A stretch of 64,000 bases of DNA from Candidatus Omnitrophota bacterium (GTDB lineage Bacteria > Omnitrophota > Gorgyraeia > Duberdicusellales > 4484-171). A program made the translations under genes and the position numbers. This document shows positions 47,545 to 57,808 of the stretch, piece by piece. The notes beneath the pieces were generated by a model. The model was not told where the DNA came from. It was given only the letters and a program-made list of their open reading frames with translations, and searched no databases. Positions within the stretch are counted from its first letter, which is position 1. Every line of letters begins with the position of its first letter. The stretch lies in NCBI GenBank assembly GCA_016935525.1, contig JAFGQU010000013.1, forward strand, positions 26,523 through 90,522. The letters are read 5' to 3'.

Positions 47545-48993
47545 ATGCGATTAAAAGATACAATAAGACTGATCCCTTATCTTTCTTCGCTTAAATCGAT
47601 TGCCGCGAAACTCGATGCCGATGTCTATTTAGTGGGCGGGTTTTTGCGGGATTTCTATCTGGGTGATGTAAAGATGTGCCGGGATTTTGATTTTATCGTC
47701 GCCGCCGGCGCGTTTTCTTTCGCTCAAGAATTCGCCAAAAAGACGGATTCTAAGATTATCGTTTTGGATGATGATGAAAAAACGTACCGGGTGATCCTGA
47801 AAAAGGCAAAGACGCATTATTATTACGATTTTGCCCAGATGCGCGGCAATTCATTGGATGAAGATCTGCGCTTGCGGGATTTTCCGCTCAATACGTTATC
47901 GGTACGGCTTGGCCGTGGTTCCCCAATAGAACTCTATGATCCTCTCGGCGGGAAAAAGGATATCGCCCGTAAACTGATAAGGGTCGCTGATAAAAACGTG
48001 TTAAAACAGGATCCGTTACGGATCCTGCGGGCGTTCAGCCTTTCTGTCAAGTATGGATTACGGATCGAACCGCTCACATTTACATATCTCGGTCAATACC
48101 GGAAGTTACTGAAAAAGGTATCGCCGGAACGGGTGAACGAAGAGCTGTTCAAGATCCTGGGGTGCGAGAAATGTTATCCGGTGATTAAAAAAATGGCTGA
48201 TCAGGAAATACTTGATGAGATCCTTCCCGGATTAAAGAGATGCCGGGGTGTGACTCAAGAAGGAGGGTTTCACCATCTTGACGTATTCGACCATTCCCTG
48301 GAGACTCTCCTGCGGTTTGAGATGATGTATAGTACACAGTTGGCCCGCAGGTCTCTGGTAAAGGAGTATCTTGATCAGGAATTGGCTAAAGGGCGCCGCC
48401 GGATTCAGATCATCAAACTGGCCTGTCTCCTGCACGATATCGGTAAACCGCGGGCAAAAAAGAGAAAAGATAAAAAAACCATTTTCCATCAACATGAAAA
48501 ATTCGGTTCGCGGATGAGCGAAGAGATCGCCGAAAAACTTAAATTTTCGGTCAAAGAAAAAGAATCGCTTAAAAAACTTGTTTTCTGGCATCTGCGTCCC
48601 GGGTATCTGGCGGATATCCGTTTGCCGTCGAGGCGGGCAGTATACCGGTTCTTTCGTGATTCGCAAGATGACGGGATCGGTATTATCCTGCTGTCGCTTG
48701 CGGATTGGCGGGCGACGCGTGGGCCGAAGACTTCCGAACGTGAAAAGATACAACACGAGAAAGTGATGTTTTCCCTTCTGAGACAGTATTTTGCCGAAAA
48801 AGGGAAAAAACCTCTCCGGAGGGTTCTTGACGGATACGATGTTATGAAAAAGTTCAAGATCGCCCCATCGCCTTTGGTGGGCGATATCCTTTCGGTGATC
48901 TATGAAGAACAAGCGTTAGGAAAGATCACTCATAAAAAGGACGCCTATGCTCTGGCAGCAAAATTAATCGCAAAAAAGAGAGGTACCCGGTGA
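47545..48993 (+). CDS. CCA-adding tRNA nucleotidyltransferase / poly(A) polymerase family with HD domain
   Basis: VGGFLRD, DFD, DL..RDF..N, DPLRILRA, ERV..E, H...LLHDIGKP. Confidence 0.88.
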   Translation: MRLKDTIRLIPYLSSLKSIAAKLDADVYLVGGFLRDFYLGDVKMCRDFDFIVAAGAFSFAQEFAKKTDSKIIVLDDDEKTYRVILKKAKTHYYYDFAQMRGNSLDEDLRLRDFPLNTLSVRLGRGSPIELYDPLGGKKDIARKLIRVADKNVLKQDPLRILRAFSLSVKYGLRIEPLTFTYLGQYRKLLKKVSPERVNEELFKILGCEKCYPVIKKMADQEILDEILPGLKRCRGVTQEGGFHHLDVFDHSLETLLRFEMMYSTQLARRSLVKEYLDQELAKGRRRIQIIKLACLLHDIGKPRAKKRKDKKTIFHQHEKFGSRMSEEIAEKLKFSVKEKESLKKLVFWHLRPGYLADIRLPSRRAVYRFFRDSQDDGIGIILLSLADWRATRGPKTSEREKIQHEKVMFSLLRQYFAEKGKKPLRRVLDGYDVMKKFKIAPSPLVGDILSVIYEEQALGKITHKKDAYALAAKLIAKKRGTR

Positions 48994-49757
48994 AGATAGA
49001 TACTACGGAGATCATTGTCTTACGGGAAAAGGTAGATAAGATTTCTGCGGATGCGGTCGTCTCTGTTCCCGGACAGTTTACCGATGAGGAGAAGGTACGT
49101 AGATTTACTTTCGATTCTTTAGGCGAAGCGCAGAAAAAAAAGAATAAAATCGTTGTGTTTTCCCTGTTGCCAGAGGAGCCCACAGGGTTAGGCTCCGGTA
49201 TCGTATCCAAAATAATGGCGCAGGAAGTCTTACGGTATGTGCGGACCGCTACACCGGATTTCTCGAAAATCATCTTTGTCGTATCTACCGAAGAGATGCG
49301 TTTGCTTTTCGAAAAGAATATGTATGGGTATCTGCACCATATGACTCACACCTTGAGCCGGGGCCCGTATCTTACCGTAGACGCGATCATCGAATATGGC
49401 GGCGGTATCGTGATGGTCGAACGGAGTAACCCTCCCCTGGGGTGGGCATTACCCGGGGGGTTCGTCGATTACGGCGAAAGCGCCGAAGATGCCGTATGCC
49501 GGGAGGTGAAAGAAGAGACACATCTTGATTTCGAAAATATAACACAGTTTAAGGTGTATTCTCAACCCTCACGGGATCCCCGATTCCATACGGTTTCGGT
49601 AGTCTTTTATGGGGTCGCCCGCGGCGAACCGACGGCTGATTCCGACGCCAAAGGGGTCGGGGTATTTGATTTAGATGAACTGCCTTCAATAATCGCTTTT
49701 GATCATCGTCAGATCATTGAAGATTATAGAAAATTAAAAATGAAAGATGAAAAATAA
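48990..49757 (+). CDS. Nudix hydrolase with degenerate N-terminal macrodomain-like region
   Basis: Nudix box GGFVDYGESAEDAVCREVKEET, RDPR, AFDH; N-terminus resembles an internally deleted macro fold. Confidence 0.8.
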   Translation: MKIDTTEIIVLREKVDKISADAVVSVPGQFTDEEKVRRFTFDSLGEAQKKKNKIVVFSLLPEEPTGLGSGIVSKIMAQEVLRYVRTATPDFSKIIFVVSTEEMRLLFEKNMYGYLHHMTHTLSRGPYLTVDAIIEYGGGIVMVERSNPPLGWALPGGFVDYGESAEDAVCREVKEETHLDFENITQFKVYSQPSRDPRFHTVSVVFYGVARGEPTADSDAKGVGVFDLDELPSIIAFDHRQIIEDYRKLKMKDEK

Positions 49758-49840
49758 AAAATGTTAATTTTTATTTCCAGTTTTCATCTTTAACTTTCTT
49801 CGATTTTTTATTTTTAATATTTAATTTTTCATATTTATTT
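49730..49840. repeat. AT-rich inverted heptamer array (AAAATGA / TTTTCAT)
   Basis: aaaatta aaaatga aagatga aaaataa aaaatg ... ttttcat ctttaac ... ttttaat atttaat ttttcat. Confidence 0.55.
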
Positions 49841-49843
49841 GCT

Positions 49844-51904
49844 ATGGAACAAGTTGAATTACGTTACCTTAAAGGGATCGGCCCGAAAAACGAGAAGTTA
49901 TTTAATAAACTGGGGATCTATTCCGTAAGAGACCTGTTATATTTCTTTCCCGTACGGTATGAAGACCGCCGCGCCGTTACCTCGATAAAAGACCTTAAAG
50001 AAGAAGAACCGGCCCTCATTCATGCCCGGATAATGGCTAAACAGGTAAAACGGGTAGGTAAGAACCGGTTTTCCCGCCGCGGAGGGATATTCCAGATAAT
50101 CGTTGCCGATTCTTCCGGTAAAATCGAATGTGTCTGGTTTAACCAGTCTTATTTGAACGATTCGGTGAGTGTCGGCGATTGGCTGCTTGTGTACGGAAAA
50201 GTAACACGATATAAAGGTAAGCTGCAGTTTACCTGCCCGGATTTCGAAAAAACCGAAAAAGATGAAACTGCCGATAGTTCCTTGAATTTCGGCCGGATAG
50301 TCGGTATGTACCGTTTGACTGAAGGGATAAGTCAAAAACGTATGCGTCGGGTCATGGCCGAGAATGTGAAGAACTATGTGCATAAGATCGAAGATTACCT
50401 CCCGTTTACCATACGTAAAGAAAAGGATTTTCTCAATATCACCCAGAGTATAACCAATATCCATTTACCGTGCGATTTCGCCGCCGCCGAAAGAGCCCGG
50501 GCACGGTTCATCTTTGAAGAACTGTTTTTTTCGCAGATCACCGTATATTTACGTAAAGCTAAACGCGTCATGCAATCGGGGGTCGCATTTAAGATGGTTT
50601 CCCGTCTCCTGGATACCCTGAAACAACGGTTAGGGTTTTCGCTCACATCCGCTCAGCTGAAAGTGATCGGCGAGATCTGTGAAGATATGCAGAAACCTTA
50701 TCCGATGCACCGGTTACTCCAGGGAGATGTGGGTTCCGGTAAGACCGTCGTCGCGTTATGCGCCCTGGCGATTTGTGCCGCCAATGAATACCAGGCGTCG
50801 CTGATGGTGCCTACTGAGATCCTCGCATACCAGCATTATGAGACGTGTAAGCGGCTCCTGGGCCCGTTTGGATATACGATCGAACTGTTAGTATCTAAAA
50901 TACCGAAAGCTAAACGCCGCCGGTTACTGGAAAACCTTGCCGGCGGGAAGATCGATATCGTTATCGGGACTCATTCGCTGATCGAAGAGGATGTCCAGTT
51001 CAAACAGTTGGGATTGGTCGTTATCGATGAACAGCATAAGTTCGGAGTGTCTCAAAGAGCGCTTCTCCCTAAAAAAGGAGTCAATCCCGATTGTCTGGTG
51101 ATGAGTGCGACTCCTATCCCGCGCAGTCTTGCCCTTTCGCTTTACGGGGATCTGGACTTATCGATACTGGATGAATTGCCTCGCGGCCGTAAGAATCCCG
51201 AGACTCTGTTGATCCCGGAGGGAAAACGGAATAAAGTGTATGAGTTCATAAAAGGAAAATTGCGTGAGGGGAGACAAGCGTATATCGTATTCCCGGTCAT
51301 CGAAGAATCTCAGGATCAGGATCTGTTATCGCTTAATCAGATGTATGGCGAGCTTAAAAAGATCTTTAGTGAATTCCAGGTGGCGATATTCCACGGTCGG
51401 ATGAAAAAAGAGGAAAAACAAAAAGTAGTTGAACAGTTTTGTCAGAAAAAAACACATATTCTGGTGGCGACGACGGTGATCGAGGTAGGGGTAAATATAG
51501 AGAATGCGACAGTTATGGTGGTAGAGAATCCCGAACGGTTCGGGTTAGCGCAGTTACATCAGTTGCGGGGCCGGATCCGCCGGGCCGATTATCAGCCCCA
51601 TTTTATAATGATGCGCAGACAGAATTTAAGCGAACACGCGCTCGCCCGGCTCAGAGTGATCGCCGGCACGTGCGATGGGTTTCGTATTGCGGAGGAGGAC
51701 CTTAAATCACGGGGACCGGGAGATTTTTTCGGGCATTCTCAGTCGGGATTCCCTTATTTAAAGATCGCAAACCCTCTGAATGACATCAAGATCCTTCAGG
51801 AAGCCCGTCGGTATGCCTATCAGATAATAAAGAAAGATCCCCAGCTTATCGAATCGGCGCATAAACCTATCCGTAATTACCTGAAAGACTGGTTTTTAAG
51901 TTGA
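49844..51904 (+). CDS. recG: ATP-dependent DNA helicase RecG
   Basis: RLLQGDVGSGKT, PTEILA.QH, IDEQHKFG, MSATPIPR, FGLAQLHQLRGR, DL..RGPG. Confidence 0.97.
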   Translation: MEQVELRYLKGIGPKNEKLFNKLGIYSVRDLLYFFPVRYEDRRAVTSIKDLKEEEPALIHARIMAKQVKRVGKNRFSRRGGIFQIIVADSSGKIECVWFNQSYLNDSVSVGDWLLVYGKVTRYKGKLQFTCPDFEKTEKDETADSSLNFGRIVGMYRLTEGISQKRMRRVMAENVKNYVHKIEDYLPFTIRKEKDFLNITQSITNIHLPCDFAAAERARARFIFEELFFSQITVYLRKAKRVMQSGVAFKMVSRLLDTLKQRLGFSLTSAQLKVIGEICEDMQKPYPMHRLLQGDVGSGKTVVALCALAICAANEYQASLMVPTEILAYQHYETCKRLLGPFGYTIELLVSKIPKAKRRRLLENLAGGKIDIVIGTHSLIEEDVQFKQLGLVVIDEQHKFGVSQRALLPKKGVNPDCLVMSATPIPRSLALSLYGDLDLSILDELPRGRKNPETLLIPEGKRNKVYEFIKGKLREGRQAYIVFPVIEESQDQDLLSLNQMYGELKKIFSEFQVAIFHGRMKKEEKQKVVEQFCQKKTHILVATTVIEVGVNIENATVMVVENPERFGLAQLHQLRGRIRRADYQPHFIMMRRQNLSEHALARLRVIAGTCDGFRIAEEDLKSRGPGDFFGHSQSGFPYLKIANPLNDIKILQEARRYAYQIIKKDPQLIESAHKPIRNYLKDWFLS

Positions 51905-52476
51905 AGATATTAAAAGGAGAATTTAAAAACCGCAGTATCATCGTTCCCGGGAAGACCAGGCCGGTCGCGTTACGGGTAAAACGCTCTCTTTTCGATATCT
52001 TGCAAGACGTAATCCCCGAAAGTCATGTATTGGATCTGTTTGCCGGTTCCGGAGCCCTGGGAATAGAATCAGTTTCTCAAGGAGCCCATCACGCCGTGTT
52101 CGTCGATAGCGGGCTCAGTCCGGTTAAGACGATCCGGCAGAATGTGAATAGCTTGAAAATAGCCCATAAAACAAAGGTTATTTGTAAAGATGCCCTTGCC
52201 GTGGTGAAGCGTTTTCATGAACGCGGCGACCATTTTGATATTATTTATGCCGATCCGCCGTATTATCAGGGCCTGACGAGAAAAACCTTGCATACCTTAG
52301 AGGCTTATGATATATTAACCCCTCGTGGTTTTGTGGTTGTGACCTGTTTCTATAAAGACATTTTCGACTCTCAATTTACACATTTTCAAGAAATATCCAG
52401 AAGATCGTATGGACAAACAGTGATTATAGTCTATCAAAATCGTGATGAGAAAAGTCATATATCCCGGGACATTTGA
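51901..52476 (+). CDS. rsmD: 16S rRNA m2G966 methyltransferase
   Basis: TRP, LDLFAGSGALGIE..S.GA, DPPY, YG.T. Confidence 0.92.
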   Translation: MKILKGEFKNRSIIVPGKTRPVALRVKRSLFDILQDVIPESHVLDLFAGSGALGIESVSQGAHHAVFVDSGLSPVKTIRQNVNSLKIAHKTKVICKDALAVVKRFHERGDHFDIIYADPPYYQGLTRKTLHTLEAYDILTPRGFVVVTCFYKDIFDSQFTHFQEISRRSYGQTVIIVYQNRDEKSHISRDI

Positions 52477-52924
52477 TCCGATTACGTTAGGCCATTTAGA
52501 TATTATTCAAAGGGCTTCTTGTATCTTTGATAAAGTGATCGTGGCGGTTGTGAAAGTCCCTTCTAAACAGACAATGTTTTCTTTCGAGGAACGGCTGGCA
52601 ATGGTAAAAGAGGCGACCGTTTCTATGCAAAAGATTGAGGTACAAGGGTTTACGGGATTAGTCGTTGATTTTGCCCAAACCTTAGGAATACACGTGATTG
52701 TACGGGGACTGAGAATGATCTCGGATTTTGAGTATGAATTCCAGATGGCTTTGACCAATCGCCGTCTTAATGACGAAATCGAAACCATATTCCTTATGCC
52801 TCATCCGGAATATTCTTATATTTCTTCACGTTTGATCAAAGAGGCGGCTCAGTTAGGGGCGTCTCTTTCCGAATTTTTACCGCCGATTTCCGCCCAATAC
52901 GTAAAGGAGAAATTGAACAAGTGA
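52442..52924 (+). CDS. coaD: Phosphopantetheine adenylyltransferase
   Basis: YPGTFDPITLGH, RGLR..SDFEYE, ISS..IKE. Confidence 0.96.
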   Translation: MMRKVIYPGTFDPITLGHLDIIQRASCIFDKVIVAVVKVPSKQTMFSFEERLAMVKEATVSMQKIEVQGFTGLVVDFAQTLGIHVIVRGLRMISDFEYEFQMALTNRRLNDEIETIFLMPHPEYSYISSRLIKEAAQLGASLSEFLPPISAQYVKEKLNK

Positions 52925-53433
52925 AAGTGGCTATCGAGACTTTAAATGAAGAGCCGTTTCGTGTCCAGGAAGATATCGTCGCCCAGGATTGGGGTATGGA
53001 TAGTTTTGATATTAAGTTTATCGATACGCTCAGTGTGACCGCCGATTTTACCAGAATAAAAAAAGATATTTATGTGCAGACCGAGGTCATCTCAAAACGG
53101 ATAATCGTCTGTTCGCGTTGTATGGATAAGGTCAAACAGACCGTCCGTCAGAATTTTCATTTTCATTTTGACCGCTCCGGTTTACGCGATACGCTGGAAA
53201 TGGATAATGCTATCCGCGAAGAGATCCTTTTACATTTTCCTATGAAAGTATTATGTAAAACCGACTGTAAAGGGTTATGTACGGTGTGCGGAAGCAACCT
53301 TAACCACAGCCGGTGTGATTGTCAGAAGGCTATTCATCGTGACCTTTCCTCTTCGGTCACCGCCGGCAGGTTTCAAGAGGCAGAGGGTGATACTGAATCA
53401 CAGATCCTTGAAAGAGAGTATATCGAGGAATAA
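52921..53433 (+). CDS. yceD: YceD/DUF177 family protein
   Basis: CSRC, P.K.LC..DCKGLC..CG.NLN; conserved position before rpmF. Confidence 0.88.
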   Translation: MKVAIETLNEEPFRVQEDIVAQDWGMDSFDIKFIDTLSVTADFTRIKKDIYVQTEVISKRIIVCSRCMDKVKQTVRQNFHFHFDRSGLRDTLEMDNAIREEILLHFPMKVLCKTDCKGLCTVCGSNLNHSRCDCQKAIHRDLSSSVTAGRFQEAEGDTESQILEREYIEE

Positions 53434-53465
53434 AAAATAACCCGTGTTACCGATAAGGAGGCATT

Positions 53466-53660
53466 ATGGCACATCCTAAACGTAGACATTCTCATTCTCG
53501 AACCAGAAAAAGAAGGACGCATCAAAAACTGACCGTACCGGCATTGGTCGTCTGTACCGAATGCAAAAAGATGAAGCCGGCACATATGGTGTGCCCTTTC
53601 TGCGGCTACTATAAAGGGCAACCGGTAGTGGTCTTGGAGAAAAAAGATAAAAAACGATGA
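53466..53660 (+). CDS. rpmF: 50S ribosomal protein L32
   Basis: MAHPKRRHSHSRTRKRRT, C..C...H.VC..CGYY. Confidence 0.96.
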   Translation: MAHPKRRHSHSRTRKRRTHQKLTVPALVVCTECKKMKPAHMVCPFCGYYKGQPVVVLEKKDKKR

Positions 53661-54688
53661 ACTATAAGATCGGTCTTGATGTTTCCGGTGGAGATTGTGC
53701 TCCTCTTGAACCATTGAAAGGAGCCGAGCTTGCCCGGGGTGAATTAGATGCCTCGATCGTACTTTTGGGGATGAAAGAGGAGATCGCCCGCGGCGCCCAG
53801 GAAGCTAATATCGACCTTTCGCATTTTGAGATCGTTGAGGCCGAAGAGAAAATAGAGATGGCTGAATCTCCCGCCTATTCCGTCCGCCGTAAAAAAAGAT
53901 CTTCTATCGTAATCGCCAGTAATATGATCAAGAACCGCCAAATAGACGCGTTCGTCTCTTGCGGTAATACCGGAGCGGTGGTATGTGCCAGTTCTCTTTT
54001 GATCAGGTTGATCGAAGGAGTGGAACGGCCGGGTATCGGGATCCTTCTGCCTACATTGAAAGGGGTATGTCTTTTGATCGATGCCGGCGCAAATATCGAG
54101 CCGAAACCGCTTCATCTTTTTCAGTACGGGATAATGGCGTCTTTGTATTATTCGTCGATCCTCGGGAAAAAAGAACCGGTAGTAGGCTTATTAAATATCG
54201 GCGAAGAAGAGAGTAAAGGGCCGGATTTCATGAAGACGACTCACCGGCTTTTTTCTCAATCAACGCTTAATTTTGCCGGGAACATCGAACCTAAAAGTAT
54301 ATTTTCCGGAGATTGTGATTGTGTTATCTGTGACGGTTATGTGGGGAATGTCGTTTTAAAATTATCGGAAGGGCTGGCTGACGCTATGGGGAAGTTTCTG
54401 GCACTGAATATCAAGAACGATCCGTTAGGCAAAGTCGGTGCGTTATTGATGCGTAGTAGTTTGCAGAAATTCAAGAAGTCGACCGATTATGCCGAGTATG
54501 GCGGAGCCCCGTTGCTGGGTATTGACGGGGTCGTGATTATCGGACATGGCCGTTCTCATGCCTATGCGATCAAGAATGCTTTAAAAGTCGCCCAAGAAGA
54601 ACTTAAACGGGATCTAAACGCCCGAATAAAAGGAAGGATCGATGAGGTCAGCAAAGATAGTAGGATTAGGGAAATACTTGCCGCCTAG
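53657..54688 (+). CDS. plsX: Phosphate acyltransferase PlsX
   Basis: D..GGD.AP, S.GNTGA, D.GAN, LLNIGEE..KG, DG..GN..LK..EG, YGGAPLLG, HGRS. Confidence 0.95.
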   Translation: MNYKIGLDVSGGDCAPLEPLKGAELARGELDASIVLLGMKEEIARGAQEANIDLSHFEIVEAEEKIEMAESPAYSVRRKKRSSIVIASNMIKNRQIDAFVSCGNTGAVVCASSLLIRLIEGVERPGIGILLPTLKGVCLLIDAGANIEPKPLHLFQYGIMASLYYSSILGKKEPVVGLLNIGEEESKGPDFMKTTHRLFSQSTLNFAGNIEPKSIFSGDCDCVICDGYVGNVVLKLSEGLADAMGKFLALNIKNDPLGKVGALLMRSSLQKFKKSTDYAEYGGAPLLGIDGVVIIGHGRSHAYAIKNALKVAQEELKRDLNARIKGRIDEVSKDSRIREILAA

Positions 54689-55622
54689 AAAATTGACAAA
54701 TAGCGACCTGGAAAAAATGGTCGAAACTTCCGACGACTGGATTACGACCCGGACCGGTATTAAAAAACGCCATATCGTAGAGAAGGGGATGTCGGCGTCG
54801 ACACTTGCTAAATATGCCGCCCGTCAGGCTTTAAAACGGGCCGGGATCAAATCTTCCGATCTTGATTTGATCATTGTCGCAACGATTACGCCCGATACTC
54901 AGTTTCCTTCTACCGCCTGTTATCTGCAGAACCATCTGCATGCCCGTCACGCGGCCTGTTTTGACGTGTCCGCGGCCTGCGCCGGGTTCGTGTATGCGCT
55001 TACCTGTGCCTGGCAATTCATCAGTACCGGGTTTTATAAAAACGCTCTTATTGTCGGAAGTGAAGTACTCTCTTCGATTACCGATTGGCAGGACCGTTCG
55101 ACCTGTGTGTTGTTCGGAGACGGGGCCGGGGCGGCAGTGCTTACTTCTACCAGCCGGGGCGGGATATTAAGCGCGTATCTCGGTTCGGATGGTTCTAAAG
55201 GTGATTTCCTTATTTTGCCCGGAGGCGGGTCACGGTTTCCGTCGTCACATGAGACTATCGACCAAGGGTTGCATCATATTAAGATGAAAGGGAATGAACT
55301 TTTTCGTATTGCGGTCAGGATCATGGTCCAGGCGGCAAAAAAAGCGTTAAAAAAAGCAAAAGTCCCGGTGCGAGATGTAAAAATGTTGATCCCTCATCAG
55401 GCTAATATAAGGATCATCAACGCGGTTACCAAAAGGTTAAAACTAACGCCCGAACAGGTCTATGTGAATATTGCCCGTTACGGGAATATGTCTTCGGCCT
55501 CCAGCGCGATTGCGCTTTGTGAAGCCTGGGAAGAAGAGAAGATCAGCCGCGGCGATGTTATCGTGCTTGACGCGTTCGGGGGGGGACTGGTATGGGGCAG
55601 TACGGTGATCCGGTGGATCTGA
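54642..55622 (+). CDS. fabH: 3-oxoacyl-ACP synthase III
   Basis: TSDDWI..RTGI, AACAGF, LFGDGAGA, PHQAN.RI, YGN.SSAS. Confidence 0.96.
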   Translation: MRSAKIVGLGKYLPPRKLTNSDLEKMVETSDDWITTRTGIKKRHIVEKGMSASTLAKYAARQALKRAGIKSSDLDLIIVATITPDTQFPSTACYLQNHLHARHAACFDVSAACAGFVYALTCAWQFISTGFYKNALIVGSEVLSSITDWQDRSTCVLFGDGAGAAVLTSTSRGGILSAYLGSDGSKGDFLILPGGGSRFPSSHETIDQGLHHIKMKGNELFRIAVRIMVQAAKKALKKAKVPVRDVKMLIPHQANIRIINAVTKRLKLTPEQVYVNIARYGNMSSASSAIALCEAWEEEKISRGDVIVLDAFGGGLVWGSTVIRWI

Positions 55623-55627
55623 CGTTC

Positions 55628-55735
55628 GCCGATGATCACAGAAGGAAAGACACAGATGATCACTGATGGAAATATCTGCGATAGTCTGTGTATATTCAAA
55701 ATCTGTGCTCATCTGTGCATGTCGAACGAAGTGAG
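55628..55735. repeat. CAGATGATC / ATCTGTG inverted repeat element
   Basis: gccgatgatcacaga...acacagatgatcactgat ... atctgcgatagtctgtg...atctgtgctcatctgtg. Confidence 0.75.
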
Positions 55736-55741
55736 GCAGAG

Positions 55742-56647
55742 ATGAATGCGATGATTTTTCCCGGACAGGGAGCTCAATATGCAGGGATGGGTAAGAGCCT
55801 TTATGATAGTTTTGAAAAAGCGCGGGGCGTATTTACCGCGATAGATGAAGTCCTTGGTTTTAAAATATCCGATATTTGTTTTGGCGGGTCTGAAGAAGAA
55901 TTGAAAAACACCCGGAATCAGCAGTTAGCTATTTTAACGGTCAGTCTTGCCGCATTTGAAGTGTTCAAGGATACCTCAGCTTTGGATATTACCTATTTTT
56001 CCGGGTTGAGTTTAGGAGAATACACCTGTCTTTATGCGGCCGGTGTCCTTGCCCTTTCTGAGGTCGCCCGGTTAGTCAACGTACGGGCCCAGGCTATGGA
56101 AGATGCGGCAAAGCTGAACCCTTCTACGATGCTTGCCGTAATCGGCTGGAATAGGGAACAACTGGTTGCCAAAGAGGGATTAGGGTTTTATGTCGCCAAC
56201 ATAAATGCTCTTACTCAGATCGCAGTCTCGGTAAGTGCCCAGAAGAAAGCGGAAGTAGCCGAGGCTTTGACTAAAGAGGGGGCAAAAGTAATAGAGTTAG
56301 CGGTAAGTGGGGGATTCCATTCTCCGTTTATGGCCCAGGCCAAAGCTCCGCTTGCCGAGATCATCGGATCACTTGATTTTCAGGACGCGAAGATCCCGAT
56401 TGTGAGCAATGTAACGGCCAAGGCGCATACCAATGCCGAGGAAATCAAACAGAACCTCGTTACCCAGATGGTATCTCCGGTCCTTTGGAACGGATGTGTA
56501 AATTTTATGGCTCAAACCGGGGTCGATACGTTTGTGGAAACCGGACCTTCCCGGGTATTGCGGGGATTAATGCGGAAAATCAACTCTCAGTTAAAAGTGA
56601 TAAATATTGAGAAGAAAGAAGATATTGAAAATCTCACTATTTCTTAA
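55742..56647 (+). CDS. fabD: Malonyl-CoA:ACP transacylase
   Basis: FPGQGAQY.GMG, GLSLGEY, L.VSGGFHS..M, E.GP. Confidence 0.95.
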   Translation: MNAMIFPGQGAQYAGMGKSLYDSFEKARGVFTAIDEVLGFKISDICFGGSEEELKNTRNQQLAILTVSLAAFEVFKDTSALDITYFSGLSLGEYTCLYAAGVLALSEVARLVNVRAQAMEDAAKLNPSTMLAVIGWNREQLVAKEGLGFYVANINALTQIAVSVSAQKKAEVAEALTKEGAKVIELAVSGGFHSPFMAQAKAPLAEIIGSLDFQDAKIPIVSNVTAKAHTNAEEIKQNLVTQMVSPVLWNGCVNFMAQTGVDTFVETGPSRVLRGLMRKINSQLKVINIEKKEDIENLTIS

Positions 56648-56697
56648 TCTGTGATCATCAGTCCGGTCCGAAGGACCGTATCTGCGATTGTCTGCGT
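56647..56697. repeat. ATCTGTG element, right arm only, with nested GGTCCGAAGGACC hairpin
   Basis: atctgtgatcatcag...ggtccgaaggacc...atctgcgattgtctgcg. Confidence 0.6.
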
Positions 56698-56713
56698 ATA
56701 AAAGGAGGAAATA

Positions 56714-57448
56714 ATGGATGTTCAGGGGAAAGTTGCGGTAATAACCGGAGCGGCTCAGGGAATAGGAAAAGAAATAGCCACCGTATTGGCCAGGAACAAA
56801 GCGAAGATCGCCCTTCTGGACGTGAATGAGGAAAGCCTTGCTCAGACCGAAAAGGAGCTTTCTCAATATTCAGAAGTAATACGTTTTTCCGTTGATGTGA
56901 CTCAATTAAGCCAAGTGCAGGATTGTATTAATAAAATTGTTGACAAGTTTTCAAGAGTTGATATATTAGTTAACAACGCGGGTATCACTCGCGACAATTT
57001 AATATTACGGCTCTCTGAAAACGATTGGGATAAGGTATTAGACGTTAATTTAAAAGGCGCATTTAATTGCGCGAAGGTCGCTGCGAAGTATATGTTGAAA
57101 CAGCGAGCCGGGAAAATCATTAATATCTCATCAATCATCGGTCTTATCGGCAATGCCGGGCAGGTGAATTATGCTGCTTCTAAGGCCGGGTTAATCGGGA
57201 TTACGAAATCCCTTGCCAAAGAGTTGGGGTCACGTAACATTTGTGTGAATAGTATTGCTCCGGGATATATTCGTACGGCAATGACTGACCAGTTAGACGA
57301 GAAAATCAAGGCACACATGATGGAAAAGATCCCGCTTGCCCGTTTTGGTGAAGCGAAAGATGTGGCGAATGCGGTGCTTTTCCTGGCATCGACTGCGGCC
57401 GATTACATCACCGGACAGGTGCTGGTAGTTGATGGCGGAATGGCTTAA
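56714..57448 (+). CDS. fabG: 3-oxoacyl-ACP reductase
   Basis: TGAAQGIG, NNAGITRD, GNAGQ.NYAASKAG, GQVL.VDGGM. Confidence 0.96.
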   Translation: MDVQGKVAVITGAAQGIGKEIATVLARNKAKIALLDVNEESLAQTEKELSQYSEVIRFSVDVTQLSQVQDCINKIVDKFSRVDILVNNAGITRDNLILRLSENDWDKVLDVNLKGAFNCAKVAAKYMLKQRAGKIINISSIIGLIGNAGQVNYAASKAGLIGITKSLAKELGSRNICVNSIAPGYIRTAMTDQLDEKIKAHMMEKIPLARFGEAKDVANAVLFLASTAADYITGQVLVVDGGMA

Positions 57449-57544
57449 ACGGTGTATACAAAAATTGACATTTCTAAGGAATAGGACATTAAAATGGCAG
57501 ATCGAAACAAAAGATCTGCCAGGGGGTTGAAAGGAGGGCTAAAG

Positions 57545-57790
57545 ATGAGCAATGTTGACGGAAGAACAATGGAGATCATTGCTGAGCAGTTAGGTGTAAA
57601 AAAAGAAGAAATCAAAAATGAGAGCTCATTTGTAGATGATTTAGGAGCTGATTCTTTAGATACAGTAGAGATCGTAATGGCTTTGGAAGAGGAGTTTGGT
57701 ATCGAGATCCCTGATGAAGATGCCGAGAAGATGGCGACAGTCGGAGAAGCCATTAAGTATATTGAAGATAAAATAAGTAAAAAAGCATAA
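57545..57790 (+). CDS. acpP: Acyl carrier protein
   Basis: [19 protein letters not shown]; RBS AAGGAGG. Confidence 0.97.
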   Translation: MSNVDGRTMEIIAEQLGVKKEEIKNESSFVDDLGADSLDTVEIVMALEEEFGIEIPDEDAEKMATVGEAIKYIEDKISKKA

Positions 57791-57808
57791 CCTAGTTCTT
57801 TAACACAG

